DNA of 64,000 nucleotides from Acidobacteriota bacterium (GCA_965205505.1 CBDBHB010000007.1:653137-717136), one strand, 5' to 3'. Counted from the stretch's first letter, positions 1-10,591 are shown. Notes: generated from the sequence alone by a model not told the origin. Translations and numbers: made by a program.

Positions 1-120
1 CGCCAAGTCTACGAAGATCACGCCGCGCGCAACCACATGCAGCCCGAGATAGGTGTGAATCCCTGTCAGCACGAGGCAGGCCACGAACGGCGGCAGCAAG
101 ATCTCGAGCGCGAGCTCCAA
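1..120 (-). CDS. Metal (Zn/Mn) ABC transporter permease, 5' part only (runs off window)
   Basis: Not in ORF track. TTG at 120 preceded by GGAGGT translates as LELALEILLPPFVACLVLTGIHTYLGLHVVARGVIFVDLA, typical ZnuB/MntB-type N-terminus; lies just downstream of a metal SBP gene. Confidence 0.8.
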   Translation of the reverse strand, partial: MELALEILLPPFVACLVLTGIHTYLGLHVVARGVIFVDLA

Positions 121-176
121 CGTCTACCTCCGAGTGTCGATGCTCTGTTCGTCAGCGGCCAGGCGGACCCGCTACC

Positions 177-1271
177 TTACCCGGCGCAGTCCGGGAACGC
201 GCCACGCAGCGCGCCGATCCACTCATCGTACAGATCGAGAATGTCGCCAGGTCCATCGGTGGCGCCGGGGTCCGGATACAGTGGCACAGTGAGCGGTATT
301 GCGCCGGTGCGCTCCCCGATCAGCTCGGGCACTCGGCGACCGAAATAGTCCGCCACCCACAGGACCCCGATCTTCTCGCGTCGGATCAGGTCCACGAGCT
401 CGGCGACGTGCGCCGCCGACGGTGGGATCCCGGGGCGGCGCTCGACGTACGCGGCGATGTCGATTCCGAACCTGTCCATCAAGTAGACCCAGTTCGGATG
501 ATACGCAACCAGCCGTTTGCCCCGCAGGCACGAGGCTTCGGCCATCCAGCCACCCAGGCGGTCCACAAGCGGAGCGCCGCCGAGGGAGGTTGACTCGAGG
601 AACGGCAGCAGCCGGTGGGCCATCTCGAGCTGTGCGAGCTTGTCGCCGCCAACCAGGCCGACGAGCTCCTCGCCGAAGAGCCGACGATGCACGAGCTCCT
701 TGTAGGCGTCGAAGCGTTGCTGGTACAGGCCGGCGTTGCCCGGATCGACGCGTTGCAAGCCGACGCGGATGTTGTCGGCAAGGGTCACAGAGCGCAGCGG
801 ATCGGCGTGGACGTGCGGGTTTCCGTAGATATGGATGTCGCCGCCTGCCCGGCTCGGGTTGTCGGGCACGTCAAGCATCGGCACGCCGTTGGCCACCGCC
901 ACGAAGCCTGGCTCACCCGACCGCACCTGGCGATTGCGCGACTTGTCGACCACCGGAGCCAGCCAGAGCTCCAGGTCGAGCCCGGTGGCTATCAACAGGT
1001 CGGCGCGGCCGATGCGGATCGAATAGCTCGGCTTCGGCTGCACGAAATGGGCATCCTGGTGGGCGCTTGCGATCGACCCGATCTCGGCGTCGTCCGCCAG
1101 TAGGTGGCGGGCGATGGCCTCATACGCCGGTAGCGTAGCGACGACCCGGAGCCCTTGCTGGGCTGCGTCGGCGATACCGCGCTGGGCTGCGTCGGCGATG
1201 CCGAGCGCGCTTGCGCCGATGAGGGCGGTCGCGACAAGTGCCGCTGCGGCGATTGGATACTTTTGGTACAT
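177..1271 (-). CDS. Metal ABC transporter substrate-binding protein (ZnuA/TroA-like)
   Basis: DAHFV, GDIHIYGNPHVHADP, YHPNW, GIPPSAAH motifs; signal peptide after MYQKYP; ATG at 1271 overlaps the upstream TGA. Confidence 0.9.
   Translation of the reverse strand: MYQKYPIAAAALVATALIGASALGIADAAQRGIADAAQQGLRVVATLPAYEAIARHLLADDAEIGSIASAHQDAHFVQPKPSYSIRIGRADLLIATGLDLELWLAPVVDKSRNRQVRSGEPGFVAVANGVPMLDVPDNPSRAGGDIHIYGNPHVHADPLRSVTLADNIRVGLQRVDPGNAGLYQQRFDAYKELVHRRLFGEELVGLVGGDKLAQLEMAHRLLPFLESTSLGGAPLVDRLGGWMAEASCLRGKRLVAYHPNWVYLMDRFGIDIAAYVERRPGIPPSAAHVAELVDLIRREKIGVLWVADYFGRRVPELIGERTGAIPLTVPLYPDPGATDGPGDILDLYDEWIGALRGAFPDCAG
1157..1203. repeat. 24-nt tandem duplication (GIADAAQ x2) after the SBP signal peptide
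   Basis: gctgggctgcgtcggcgat at 1157 and 1181. Confidence 0.85.
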
Positions 1272-2779
1272 CAATACTTCTCGTGCTTGTGTGGCCCGAG
1301 AGCCCAGATTACCTGGATCGAGAAGCGGTTGTCGCGGTCTTTGTCCTCGAGGCGACGCGAACCATAAGAATACTGGAAACGGAGCTTCGCCCACTCGCTC
1401 TGCCACCACTCGGCATACGGGGTGAGGCCCCAGACGCTCTCGCCAGGCTCGTCGGGCAGCTCGGTGAAGTCGCCCCGTAGGCCAATGCTCCAACGCGGTC
1501 CGAGCTTCCGAGTGGCAAACAGGTACCCGCCCCAGCTGCCGAGGACTCCGTCGGGCCTCTCACGGCGCTCGTAGAGAACTTCGCCGCGCAACTCGAGCCC
1601 CTTGTACCGGGCCTCAGCGGGTGGCGACCAGACGAGGTTGACGTCTGCGCCCAGCACCCAGCTGCGGAACCGGCCGTCGGCATCGTTGACGCCGGTCGCC
1701 GCCGACAGGCCGAGCTCGAAGTAGGTCGATGGCGACAGGTCCCAGTAGTTGGTTTCGTGCAACGTGATCACGGGAGTGTCGAACCCCCGTCCCGAGAACG
1801 CGACGTCGTTGTCGTCGTTGGTGACCTGGACCCACAGCTCGTTGTAATCGCCCAGGAAGGTTGGCGGCAGCCACGAGAGCGAGACGCCGAGGCCCGCCAG
1901 CCCTCCCTCGCCCAGGAACGCCCGATGCGCCAGCGGCCGGTCGACCTGCGGCAGGGCGTGGTTGTGCCAACGGTTCAACTTGCCGAAGTCGTTGCGGAAC
2001 CTCCCGAACTTCACTCCCAGCCCACCGGGGAGCGTGGTCCAGTCGATATAGAGCTCCTCGGCGCCGACCTCGCCGTCCTCCTCGACGAGGAAGGCGCGCG
2101 CTTGCGAGAATGGATCGAGCGGCGCCTGGAACGCCACCTCGAACTCACCGAGTGTAAAGCGGTTCACCGTCGGGTCGCCCGACCGATCCGCCCAGGTGCC
2201 GAATACGTCGCCCGAGACGGAGATCTCGGGGTTGAGCTCGCGCATGTTGCGAGCCCGATCGGTGAACTGCCGATCGTCGGCCGTAGGTGCCGACGCCGGC
2301 GTGGCTGCTTCCTCCGGCTGGTCTTCCAAGGCGGCCAGGGCGCGCGCCAGCTCGTCCTGGAACGCGGCGCGCTCGGCGTTCTCCGGTGTCGGCGCGGCCT
2401 CCTGCCCGGCAGCGTCAGGCCGCATCTCTTGCGGTGCGATCAGGCGCTGCTCCAGCTCCTCGAGCCGGGTCCCGAAGCGCTCGTTCGTTTGCTGCAGCGA
2501 CCGCTCCAAGGCGGCCACACGCGCCTCGAGGGCGGCGATACGCTCGGCATCACTTTGCTGCCGTGCGAGGGTGGTTGGCTGCGAGGCGTGCGCCGTCTGC
2601 GGACCGAGCCAGACGACCGCCGCGACCGCGGCTACCACCAAGCAGCCCTTGCGGGCCCGACCCGGACGATGCGCGCGACACACACCCGATGTTGACTTGC
2701 GCGGCTGACGAGGTGTCCGATTCCATACCCAGTGCATCATCCGATCGACTCCCGAGGTGGGTAGAACGAAGCTCCGCAT
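1271..2779 (-). CDS. Outer-membrane beta-barrel protein associated with metal uptake (start uncertain, probably downstream of 2779)
   Basis: Signal-like segment, coiled coil, NPEISV..D, FGKLNRWHNH, amphipathic strands and C-terminal GPHKHEKY; translationally coupled to the SBP. Confidence 0.7.
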   Translation of the reverse strand: MRSFVLPTSGVDRMMHWVWNRTPRQPRKSTSGVCRAHRPGRARKGCLVVAAVAAVVWLGPQTAHASQPTTLARQQSDAERIAALEARVAALERSLQQTNERFGTRLEELEQRLIAPQEMRPDAAGQEAAPTPENAERAAFQDELARALAALEDQPEEAATPASAPTADDRQFTDRARNMRELNPEISVSGDVFGTWADRSGDPTVNRFTLGEFEVAFQAPLDPFSQARAFLVEEDGEVGAEELYIDWTTLPGGLGVKFGRFRNDFGKLNRWHNHALPQVDRPLAHRAFLGEGGLAGLGVSLSWLPPTFLGDYNELWVQVTNDDNDVAFSGRGFDTPVITLHETNYWDLSPSTYFELGLSAATGVNDADGRFRSWVLGADVNLVWSPPAEARYKGLELRGEVLYERRERPDGVLGSWGGYLFATRKLGPRWSIGLRGDFTELPDEPGESVWGLTPYAEWWQSEWAKLRFQYSYGSRRLEDKDRDNRFSIQVIWALGPHKHEKY

Positions 2780-2875
2780 AAGTGAGACCGATCATGTCAT
2801 CCGGGCGACGCCGGAGCACGGCGCGCTGCATGCGGAGAGAAGCGGAAGCTCGGTGGGGGCGGGGTCGCCCCCTGC

Positions 2876-4481
2876 TCAGCCGGCGCAGGCCCTCTCCCAC
2901 TGCTCGCGCAGCAACGAACTTCTTGATCTTGCCCGACGGGGTCAACGGAAACTCCTCGACCCGCACCCACACCGAAGGCGTCTTCTGCGGCGACAGATGG
3001 TCGCGGCAATAACTGTGGAGCTCGACGTCGGCCGCGGGGTCGCCCGGATCGGCATCGCGCACGAAGGCGCCGACGACCTCGCCCCACTTGGCATCGGGCA
3101 GACCGACCACCACCGCGTCTGCGACCTTGGGGTGCTCGAACAACAGCTCTTCGATCTCGCGCGGATAGATGTTCTCGCCGCCACGGATGATCATGTCCTT
3201 GAGCCGGCCGGTGATCGTAGTGTATCCGCGCTCGTCCATCGACACCAGGTCGCCGGTGCACAGCCACCCGTCGTCGTCGATCGTTTCAGCGGTCATCTCC
3301 GGCATCTCGAAGTAGCCCAGCATTACCAGATAACCACGCACGCAGAGCTCGCCCTCAATGCCAATCGGCTGGGTCTTGCCGGTCTCCGGGTCGATCACCT
3401 TGATCTCGGTCTGCGGCAATACCGGGCCGAGCGTGCTGGCCTTGTCTTCATTGCTGTCGTCGAGGCGCATCAGGGTCACGCCCGGTGACGTTTCGGTCTG
3501 GCCGTAGATGATCGACAGGTCGACGCCCAGCGTGGTCTCGATGCGCCGCACCAGATCGGCCGGCACCGTCGCTCCGCCCGAACACACGGTGCGCACGGTC
3601 GACAGGTCGACCTCGGAAAAGCTCGGGTGCTCCATCAAAGCGATCAGCACCGTCGGTACGCCCAGTAGGTGGGTGGCGCGCTCGCTCTCGGCAAGTTCCA
3701 GCATCAGGCCGGGTTCGAACTGCACCAGGTTGACCAGCTTGGCGTGCGCCTGGCAGGACCCGAGCACCGCGAGCACGCAGCCTGCGGTGTGAAAAAGCGG
3801 AAACGGATTGATGTAGACGGAGCGCGGATCGATGCGCAGTCGCTCAGCGAAGAAGCGGGCGTTGTTGGTGATGCCGCGATGGTGAAGGTAGGCGCCCTTG
3901 GGGAAACCGGTGGTGCCCGAGGTGTACTGAATCTGCGCCGGGTCACCAGGCTGCACCTCGGGCAGCTCGGCGTCGTCGTCGGCCGACGCCAAGAAAGCGT
4001 CGAACTCGTCGAGCGAGACAATCTCGCGCAGCTCCGGGAGATCGCCGACCACCTGCTGCAAGTGCTCGTGCATCGGATTGCCGCGGAAGGCGGGCGTGTA
4101 GAAGATGCCCGAGGACCGTGATTGGCCGAGCACGTACTCGAGCTCCTTGGCCTGGAAGGACGGATTGACCGTCACCAGCACGACCCCGGCAAGCGCCGCC
4201 CCGTACTCCAGCAGCACCCACTCCGGGATGTTGGGTGCCCATACCGCAACCCGCTCACCCTTCTCGAAGCGCGCCGTCAGGGCGCCAGCGATGGTCTCGG
4301 CGTCGCGCAGCAGCTCGGCATAGGTCCAGCGCCGGCCGCCGCCGGGAGTGCCCTCGACCAGCGCCACGTTGTCGGGGGCGCGCGCTGCCGCATCGCGCAG
4401 AATCGAGGCCACGGTGGTCTCGAGCACCGGTGAGCTCTCGTCGGCAGCGACACAGCTCTCGCTGAGGGGAGCCTCGATCAT
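2876..4481 (-). CDS. AMP-dependent acyl-CoA synthetase; apparent +1 frameshift close to the 3' end
   Basis: YTSGTTGFPKG, YGQTE, TGD, GRLKDMIIRGGENIYP, TPSGKIKK. ATG 4481 overlaps upstream stop. Removing one base at 2913-2914 gives the typical end KFVLREQWERACAG* (stop 2876-2878). Confidence 0.88.
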
Positions 4482-6340
4482 TCGATTACCGGCAACACCA
4501 GATGCGACGGGTATTGTGCGGAATGGTGCAGCCCTTGATGCGCTACCACCCACTCCGTCTCGTCGTAGTTGTTGCCGCCGGTATTCAAGTTGCGATCGAA
4601 GCGCGGAAAGCTGGAGCTCGACACCTCCAGGCGAATCCGATGGCCCGGGCCGAAGTAGTTACCGGTGGCGTGCAGATCGAGGCGAATCTCGTAGACCTCG
4701 TCCTGCTCGATCCACACTTTCCGGTCGAATCCCTCGCGGTAACGCATTCGCTGGGCGCCTTCTTGCACGTTGAATGCCCTGCCGTCCGGATAGACGTCGA
4801 CCAGCTTGGCCATGAAGTCGGTGTCCTTCGCCGATGACGAAACGTAGAGCACCACTTCGAGCTGCCCGGTCACCTCGATGCCGTCTTCGAGCGCCGCCGA
4901 CGTGTAGACGAGCACATCGTTGCGCATCTCGATCTCCGACTGGTCGAAGGCCCCGGCACCGGTGTTCATCCCGGTGCAACAAGCCTGTCCCCCGAGCGAT
5001 GGAACCGGGGCAGCCGGATCGTAGACGAAACGATCGGGTGGCTCCTCGCCCGGCAACGACAACGACGCCGTGCCATCACCGTAACGGCTGTTGGCCCGAC
5101 CGTCGCTGTGTAGATAGTACCGACGGTACGTGGTGTTCGGCAGCGGCCACTCGTTGGCGCTGCGCCATTCGTTCTTGCCCATCAGGTAGTACTGCACCTT
5201 GGGCATGTCGGTGATGCCGTTGTCGACGCCCTTGAGCCAGCGCTCGTACCAGCGCAGGTATATGTCCATGAAGTCGCGTCGCGCGTCGCCCAGGTCTCGC
5301 TCACCGATGATCGTATGCTCGGTCGCCCGGTCCCAGCCGCAATGAGTGGTGGGGGCGATGATTACGAACTGATTGTCGCGCCCCCGATCGCTGACCGCAT
5401 TGCGCTGAAAGAGGTTGAACAGCTCCATGGTCTCTGCAACGCCGTAGTCGTACCAGGAGTCGAAGAAGATGGCGGGAACATCGAACCGATCGGACTCTCC
5501 AACCCAGTCCAACTCGTGAAAGTAGGGGGCCTCCGGATTGTTGGAGACGAAGTCCTCGTAGTCTGTGGGCGGCGCCCCGGACTTCTTCAGAATATCGACG
5601 ATCGGCAGCGTCTTGAGGAGTGAGTGGTCAGTCTGTCGACGCTCGGGTGTGGATCGGAAGAGCTCTGCCGCGTCGGAACGAAACCACTCTTGCCGATTCG
5701 CCCAGGCGGGCGGTCCGTAATAGACCTTGGTGCCACTTCCAGAGAACCAGCCGGCTGTCTGAGCAAGCTCGAAGACCCCACCGTCGTACGAGACCCAGGG
5801 GCGCCCGTGCGCGTAGTAGCCGGTGGTCGAGGCCATCGGCATTGCCGCAACATGGCTCGGATGCTGCGTCGCCGCCAGCACGACCTGTACATCCCCGAGG
5901 TAGGAACATCCATAGGTCGCAACCTTCTGGTTTGACCACGGCTGCTCCACCAGCCAGGTCACGGTGTCGTGACCATCGTTGCGATCACCGGTCGATGGCT
6001 TGTAGACACCCTCCGATTCGAACCGCCCCCGCATGTCTTGGATGGCCACCGCGTAGCCTTCCTCCACGAATCGCGACACCATTCGGCTGCCGCCGCCCTT
6101 GCCATACGGCGTGCGGATCAAGATGGTGGAGAGCCCCTCCGTAACACCTTCAGGAAAATACAGATCTGTCGAGAGTCCCGCGCCATCGCGCATCGGGATC
6201 ATGTTGCTGCGTTCCTTGGTGATCGCAACGTCCGAGTCCTGGGTGGTGCGCTGACCCCAGCCAGCCGCTCCTCCCGGGGCTGCGAGGCAGACGATCAGAA
6301 TCGCAATCGATAGAACGAACAACCTGCGGCCGATGCCCAT
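4478..6340 (-). CDS. CocE/NonD family serine hydrolase (peptidase S15), secreted
   Basis: IRTPY, QDMRGRFESEG, GCSYLG nucleophile motif, C-terminal SSSFPRFDRNLNTG; signal peptide. Confidence 0.93.
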   Translation of the reverse strand: MGIGRRLFVLSIAILIVCLAAPGGAAGWGQRTTQDSDVAITKERSNMIPMRDGAGLSTDLYFPEGVTEGLSTILIRTPYGKGGGSRMVSRFVEEGYAVAIQDMRGRFESEGVYKPSTGDRNDGHDTVTWLVEQPWSNQKVATYGCSYLGDVQVVLAATQHPSHVAAMPMASTTGYYAHGRPWVSYDGGVFELAQTAGWFSGSGTKVYYGPPAWANRQEWFRSDAAELFRSTPERRQTDHSLLKTLPIVDILKKSGAPPTDYEDFVSNNPEAPYFHELDWVGESDRFDVPAIFFDSWYDYGVAETMELFNLFQRNAVSDRGRDNQFVIIAPTTHCGWDRATEHTIIGERDLGDARRDFMDIYLRWYERWLKGVDNGITDMPKVQYYLMGKNEWRSANEWPLPNTTYRRYYLHSDGRANSRYGDGTASLSLPGEEPPDRFVYDPAAPVPSLGGQACCTGMNTGAGAFDQSEIEMRNDVLVYTSAALEDGIEVTGQLEVVLYVSSSAKDTDFMAKLVDVYPDGRAFNVQEGAQRMRYREGFDRKVWIEQDEVYEIRLDLHATGNYFGPGHRIRLEVSSSSFPRFDRNLNTGGNNYDETEWVVAHQGLHHSAQYPSHLVLPVIE

Positions 6341-6460
6341 GCAACACGCTCCCTGTCTGCCAGACGCTCATCTCACGGAAATCGCGAGCACTATCAAACC
6401 ACAAGGTAGGGGCCTGGCAACGGAGATCATCCCGAAGAGCGCATTTGAACTCCGGACGAG

Positions 6461-8866
6461 CTACCCGTCGCGCAGCGCCGCGACCGGGTCGATGCGAGTG
6501 GCTCGCCGGGCGGGTATCCAGGCCGCCAGAGCGCCGATCAGCACCGCCGCCATCAGCACGACGCTGTAGGTGAGCGGGTCGGTCGGCTGCACATCGAACA
6601 GGAGCCGGCCGAGGAACCGCGTCGCGCCCAAGGCACCGAACACACCGAGGACCGCTCCTGCCAAGACGATGCCGAGCGCCTGGCGTACGATCAGCGCCAC
6701 CGTCGCCGCGGCGTCGGCGCCCAGCGCCATGCGCACCCCGATCTCCGCCGTGCGCTGCGACACCGCGTAGGCGACGATCCCATAGGTGCCGATCGCCGCG
6801 AGGATAGCTGCGCAGAGCGCCAAGCTGCCTATCAATGCGGTATTGAAGCGCGGCTGGGCGACGGACTCCCAGAGCAGATCGGAGATCGCGACCACTTGGG
6901 ACGGCGCTAGCTGAGGATCTATGTCGGCGAGCACGTCGCCCACGGCGCTAGCGACAGCGGCAGTGCTGAGGTCGGATTGCACCACGATGTGCATCTCGTA
7001 CGTCGCAATACGACCGTATGGCAGGAAGAGCTCCGACTCGTACTTGGATTGCAGGCCCGCGTGGCGAATGTCGGCGACCACACCCGCCACCTCGACCTCG
7101 CCCAGCGACGCCACGCGCACCGATCGTCCGATCGGGTCGACATTCTGAAAATAGCGTTCGACGACAGTCTCGTTGACGATCGCGACGAAGCGATCGCTGG
7201 TCAGATCGAGCTTGTCGAAGGCACGGCCACGAACGATCTCCATACCCATCGCTTCGAAGTAACCGGGTAACACGAGGCGGAAGTCGGCATTGGGGCGGGC
7301 GGTTGGCGAGAGTGCGTCGAGGCCAACGACTGTGAACTCCATCTCGAAACCCAACCCGACGTCGCTCATCGGTAGATCCGAGGCCGCCCCCGCAACCTTG
7401 ACCCCGGGCAACTGTTCCACGCGCTCGACCAACTGCTCGAAGAACGGGCGCCATTCCGTGCGGTCGTAGCGTAGGGTCGGCAACTTGACCGCGACCGAGA
7501 CCACCCCCTCCTTTCGGAAGCCAGGATCCACCTCGCTCATGCGCGTGAAGCTGCGCAACATCAGCCCGGCGCCCACCACCAACACAATCGCCAAAGCGAT
7601 CTCGACGACCACCATGAGCTCGGGCAGCCGGCGCCCGCCACTCGAGCCGGCAGACGCTCCGGTTGGCTTGAGTAACTCGCTCAAGTCGGGCGTCATGCTC
7701 CGCACCGCCGGCAGTGACCCGAACAGCACCGTCGCACCAACCGACAGGCCCGCAGCAAACAGCAGCACGGTGCCGTCGACGCCGATGGATTCCCCGCGGG
7801 GAATGCCGCTCGGCAACACGGCGCGTAGCAACCCCATACCCCACGAGGCCAACAGCACACCGGCCGTCCCGCCTAGCAGACCCAGGATCAGGGTCTCGGC
7901 CAGCGAGCGCTTACACAGGTCGCTCCTCCGGGCCCCGAGGGCAGCGCGCACGGCGAACTCCCGCCCCGCGGCCGTCGAGCGGGCGATCAGAACATTGGCG
8001 ATGTTGGCGCACGCGGTGAGCAATACCAGCATCACAGCACCGAAGAGCACCCACAGCGTTGTCGTGAGATCGCCGAACAGCTCGTCGCGCAGCGGTCGGA
8101 CCGTCAGCCCCCAGCCGTCGTTGGTGTCCGGGAACTCACCAGCCAGTTGGTCCGCAATCGCATCGAGCTCGGCCCGCGCAGCATCCATCGCAACACCGTC
8201 GCCAAGACGGGCAATCGAGTCGAACATGCGGTGATCGCGGTCGAGCAAGATCGCGTCACCGATGCCCATCGGGAAGTACATCTCGACCTCGTCGTTCCCG
8301 GGAGGGAACTGGAAGCCCGGTTCGGTAACCGCGACGACCGTGCGCGGCTCGCTGTCGACCTCGATGGTGGAGCCGACGATCAAGGGGTCCGCTCCGAAGC
8401 GTCGTGTCCACGACGCGTGCGTGATGATCACCTTCTTGCCGCCGCCCGGAACTTCGTCCTGATCAGTGAAGAACTGACCCGCAGCCGGCCTTGCTTGCAG
8501 AACGCGAAACAGCCGGGGCGTCACGGTAAAACTGCCTACCCGAACCGGTCGCTCGAGGCCGGTCAGAGTGGAACCGATGGAGCGGTATAAGGCGACCTGC
8601 CCGTCGAAGGACTCGGCGCTATCGCGCAGGTCGCGGTAGTCGGCCGGCGATAGGCGGAAGATGTCGGATCCTCCAGATCCGGTGGTTGCCCACACGACCA
8701 CGAGCCGGCTATCGTCGCCGTAACCGAGCGGACGCAGCAGCACGCCGTCGACGACGCTGAAAATCGCGGTGTTGGCACCGATGGCGATCGCCAGCGTCGC
8801 GATCACCACCAGGGTAGGTCCGGGGGTGGAGAGCAGCGACCGCAACGCCGCCTTGAAGTTGTCCAT
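6461..8866 (-). CDS. Duplicated MacB/FtsX-type (ADOP) ABC permease
   Basis: LAIAIGANTAIFS, LLTACANIANVL, EFAVRAALGA, EIGVRMALGA, PARRATRIDPVAALR. Confidence 0.93.
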   Translation of the reverse strand: MDNFKAALRSLLSTPGPTLVVIATLAIAIGANTAIFSVVDGVLLRPLGYGDDSRLVVVWATTGSGGSDIFRLSPADYRDLRDSAESFDGQVALYRSIGSTLTGLERPVRVGSFTVTPRLFRVLQARPAAGQFFTDQDEVPGGGKKVIITHASWTRRFGADPLIVGSTIEVDSEPRTVVAVTEPGFQFPPGNDEVEMYFPMGIGDAILLDRDHRMFDSIARLGDGVAMDAARAELDAIADQLAGEFPDTNDGWGLTVRPLRDELFGDLTTTLWVLFGAVMLVLLTACANIANVLIARSTAAGREFAVRAALGARRSDLCKRSLAETLILGLLGGTAGVLLASWGMGLLRAVLPSGIPRGESIGVDGTVLLFAAGLSVGATVLFGSLPAVRSMTPDLSELLKPTGASAGSSGGRRLPELMVVVEIALAIVLVVGAGLMLRSFTRMSEVDPGFRKEGVVSVAVKLPTLRYDRTEWRPFFEQLVERVEQLPGVKVAGAASDLPMSDVGLGFEMEFTVVGLDALSPTARPNADFRLVLPGYFEAMGMEIVRGRAFDKLDLTSDRFVAIVNETVVERYFQNVDPIGRSVRVASLGEVEVAGVVADIRHAGLQSKYESELFLPYGRIATYEMHIVVQSDLSTAAVASAVGDVLADIDPQLAPSQVVAISDLLWESVAQPRFNTALIGSLALCAAILAAIGTYGIVAYAVSQRTAEIGVRMALGADAAATVALIVRQALGIVLAGAVLGVFGALGATRFLGRLLFDVQPTDPLTYSVVLMAAVLIGALAAWIPARRATRIDPVAALRDG

Positions 8867-8890
8867 GGAGCGTCGTCCTGTGGCGAGGAA

Positions 8891-9265
8891 TCAGTCGGGG
8901 ACATCCTGTTCGCGGCGCTCGGCCAGCCAGCTGTGGAAGCGCTCGCGCTGGTCCGGCCGTAGCAGGTCGGCGATCTCTGCGTGCACCTCCCGCATAGCGC
9001 TTTGAACCTCAGGGCGAAGTTGCTCCCACAGGTGCTCCACGAGCTGCTGGCGCTCCGACATGATGGCGTGGATCTGTTCGACCTGGCGATCGTCGAGGTC
9101 CAGCGCTTCCCGCATGTCGACCATGGCCGCCGCATGCAAATCCGCCGGTGACATCGATGCGTGCAGGGAGAGAGCGTGGTGCCGCTCGAAGAACATCCCG
9201 GCAAGAACACCGGCCGCGAACACGAACAGCAGCACCAAGCCGGCGCGAAACCGCGGCCCGATCAC
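8891..9265 (-). CDS. Membrane-anchored helical periplasmic protein (Spy/CpxP/heavy-metal-sensor-like), His/Met-rich
   Basis: N-terminal TM helix; LDLDDRQ..QI and LRPDQRERF repeats; overlaps anti-sigma gene. Confidence 0.6.
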   Translation of the reverse strand: MIGPRFRAGLVLLFVFAAGVLAGMFFERHHALSLHASMSPADLHAAAMVDMREALDLDDRQVEQIHAIMSERQQLVEHLWEQLRPEVQSAMREVHAEIADLLRPDQRERFHSWLAERREQDVPD

Positions 9266-9615
9266 TGCCGCGCCTCGATGTCGAGCACGGGCGGAAACTG
9301 CACCATCAGCACGTCGACGCTGGGCGGCGCCGGACCGCCGACTAGCGTCCCAGCGACCTCGCTGGGCTCAAGCAAGCGCTCGATCGGACGGAAGGCCGCG
9401 GCGGCATCTGGCGGCAGCACAAGCCACAGAACGAGCATGGCGGCCGCCGACACCGCCACCAGCCACGGCGCACGCCGCGCCAACACGCCGTACCACGCGT
9501 CGTGGGCTGCGGCGTGCGCGGCGAGCGGGCCAACCGCGTCCTGGCGAATCCTTTGCGCCAGCTGCTCCCAGTACTCGGGTTCTTGCGGCAGCTGCGACCT
9601 CGGGAGCTCAGCCAT
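9262..9615 (-). CDS. Putative anti-sigma factor
   Basis: ATG 9615 overlaps the ECF sigma stop; single TM helix after PEYWEQLAQRI. Confidence 0.6.
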   Translation of the reverse strand: MAELPRSQLPQEPEYWEQLAQRIRQDAVGPLAAHAAAHDAWYGVLARRAPWLVAVSAAAMLVLWLVLPPDAAAAFRPIERLLEPSEVAGTLVGGPAPPSVDVLMVQFPPVLDIEARQ

Positions 9616-10169
9616 CACTGCAGGATACCCTGCCGCGGGCCGATGACGGGCCGCAGCTGCTTGCGTGCGCGGTGCACATGGGTGCGAACCGTGGCCTCGC
9701 CGACGCCGAGCATCCGGGCAGCCTCGACACTCGTATAGCCTTCGATGTCGCAGAGACGAACACACGCCTGCTGCATCGGTGCGAGTGCCTCGATGGCCCG
9801 CTCGGCGTCGCCGACGACGACCGGATCGGCGATAGTCGGCGACGGCGGCTCGGTATCGAGCAAGGTGAGCGGAGCGAGAGCCGCGCGCCGGCCATCCTTG
9901 CTGATCGCGGTTCGCGCCACGTTTCGAACGATGGCGTAAAACCAGGCACTGAACGGGCGACGATCATCGTAGCTGGCCAGCGAGCGCACGGCGCGATGAA
10001 ACGCATCCTGGACGACGTCTTCGGCATCCTCGACGCGGCGCGCGTATTGCCAGGCGAGGGCCATGGCGGGCCGCAGGTAACGCCGCGCAAGCGCATCGTA
10101 GGCAACCGCGTCACCACGCTTCGCTGCCCGCGCCAGCTCCTCGTCGGTACGTTCCGCCGCATCGCTCAT
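9615..10169 (-). CDS. ECF sigma-70 family RNA polymerase sigma factor
   Basis: DAEDVVQDAF and FSAWFYAIVRN (region 2); EGYTSVEAARMLGVGEATVRTHVHRAR (region 4). Confidence 0.93.
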   Translation of the reverse strand: MSDAAERTDEELARAAKRGDAVAYDALARRYLRPAMALAWQYARRVEDAEDVVQDAFHRAVRSLASYDDRRPFSAWFYAIVRNVARTAISKDGRRAALAPLTLLDTEPPSPTIADPVVVGDAERAIEALAPMQQACVRLCDIEGYTSVEAARMLGVGEATVRTHVHRARKQLRPVIGPRQGILQ

Positions 10170-10222
10170 GGCTCCCTCCCGGGAGCATATGCCAACAGCT
10201 CCCGGGACCCGGCCTCAGCTTG

Positions 10223-10591
10223 TCAGTGGCTGCCCTGCCCGTGATGCCTTTGGCCATGCCCTTCCTGCGACATGGAACCGCTGAACGCATCGTGGATCAT
10301 CTGGGCGAGCTTCTGCCGCTGCTCATGCGTGAGCTCCGCGGCGATCGTCTCGTGGAGTCGATGTAGCTCCTGCATCGCCGCGAAGGCTTGGTGGAAGGAC
10401 GGCCCGATTGCCTCCTGTTGGTCGGCAGTCAAGTCGAGATGCTTGGCGACTACCTCGAAATGAGCCTGTGGGTCATCGGCCTCGCCGTGCTGGGCCTCGG
10501 CGATGAGGCTCCACGGCGGCATGAGCCCGACGGCGACCACCAGGACGGCGCATGACATCACGACCATCAAAGCGCTGTGCAGTGTCTTCAT
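10223..10591 (-). CDS. Secreted Spy/CpxP-like helical protein with His-rich tail
   Basis: Signal peptide; LDLTADQQ and LTHEQRQK (LTxxQ) motifs; C-terminal GHGQRHHGQGSH. Confidence 0.6.
   Translation of the reverse strand: MKTLHSALMVVMSCAVLVVAVGLMPPWSLIAEAQHGEADDPQAHFEVVAKHLDLTADQQEAIGPSFHQAFAAMQELHRLHETIAAELTHEQRQKLAQMIHDAFSGSMSQEGHGQRHHGQGSH

Noticed and set aside
2778-2802. Possible Zur/Fur box upstream of the metal uptake unit
   Set aside because: Only weak dyad symmetry; no convincing consensus match
2550-2875. Long C-terminal extension of the acyl-CoA synthetase overlapping the next gene
   Set aside because: Explained by a one-base insertion at 2913-2914
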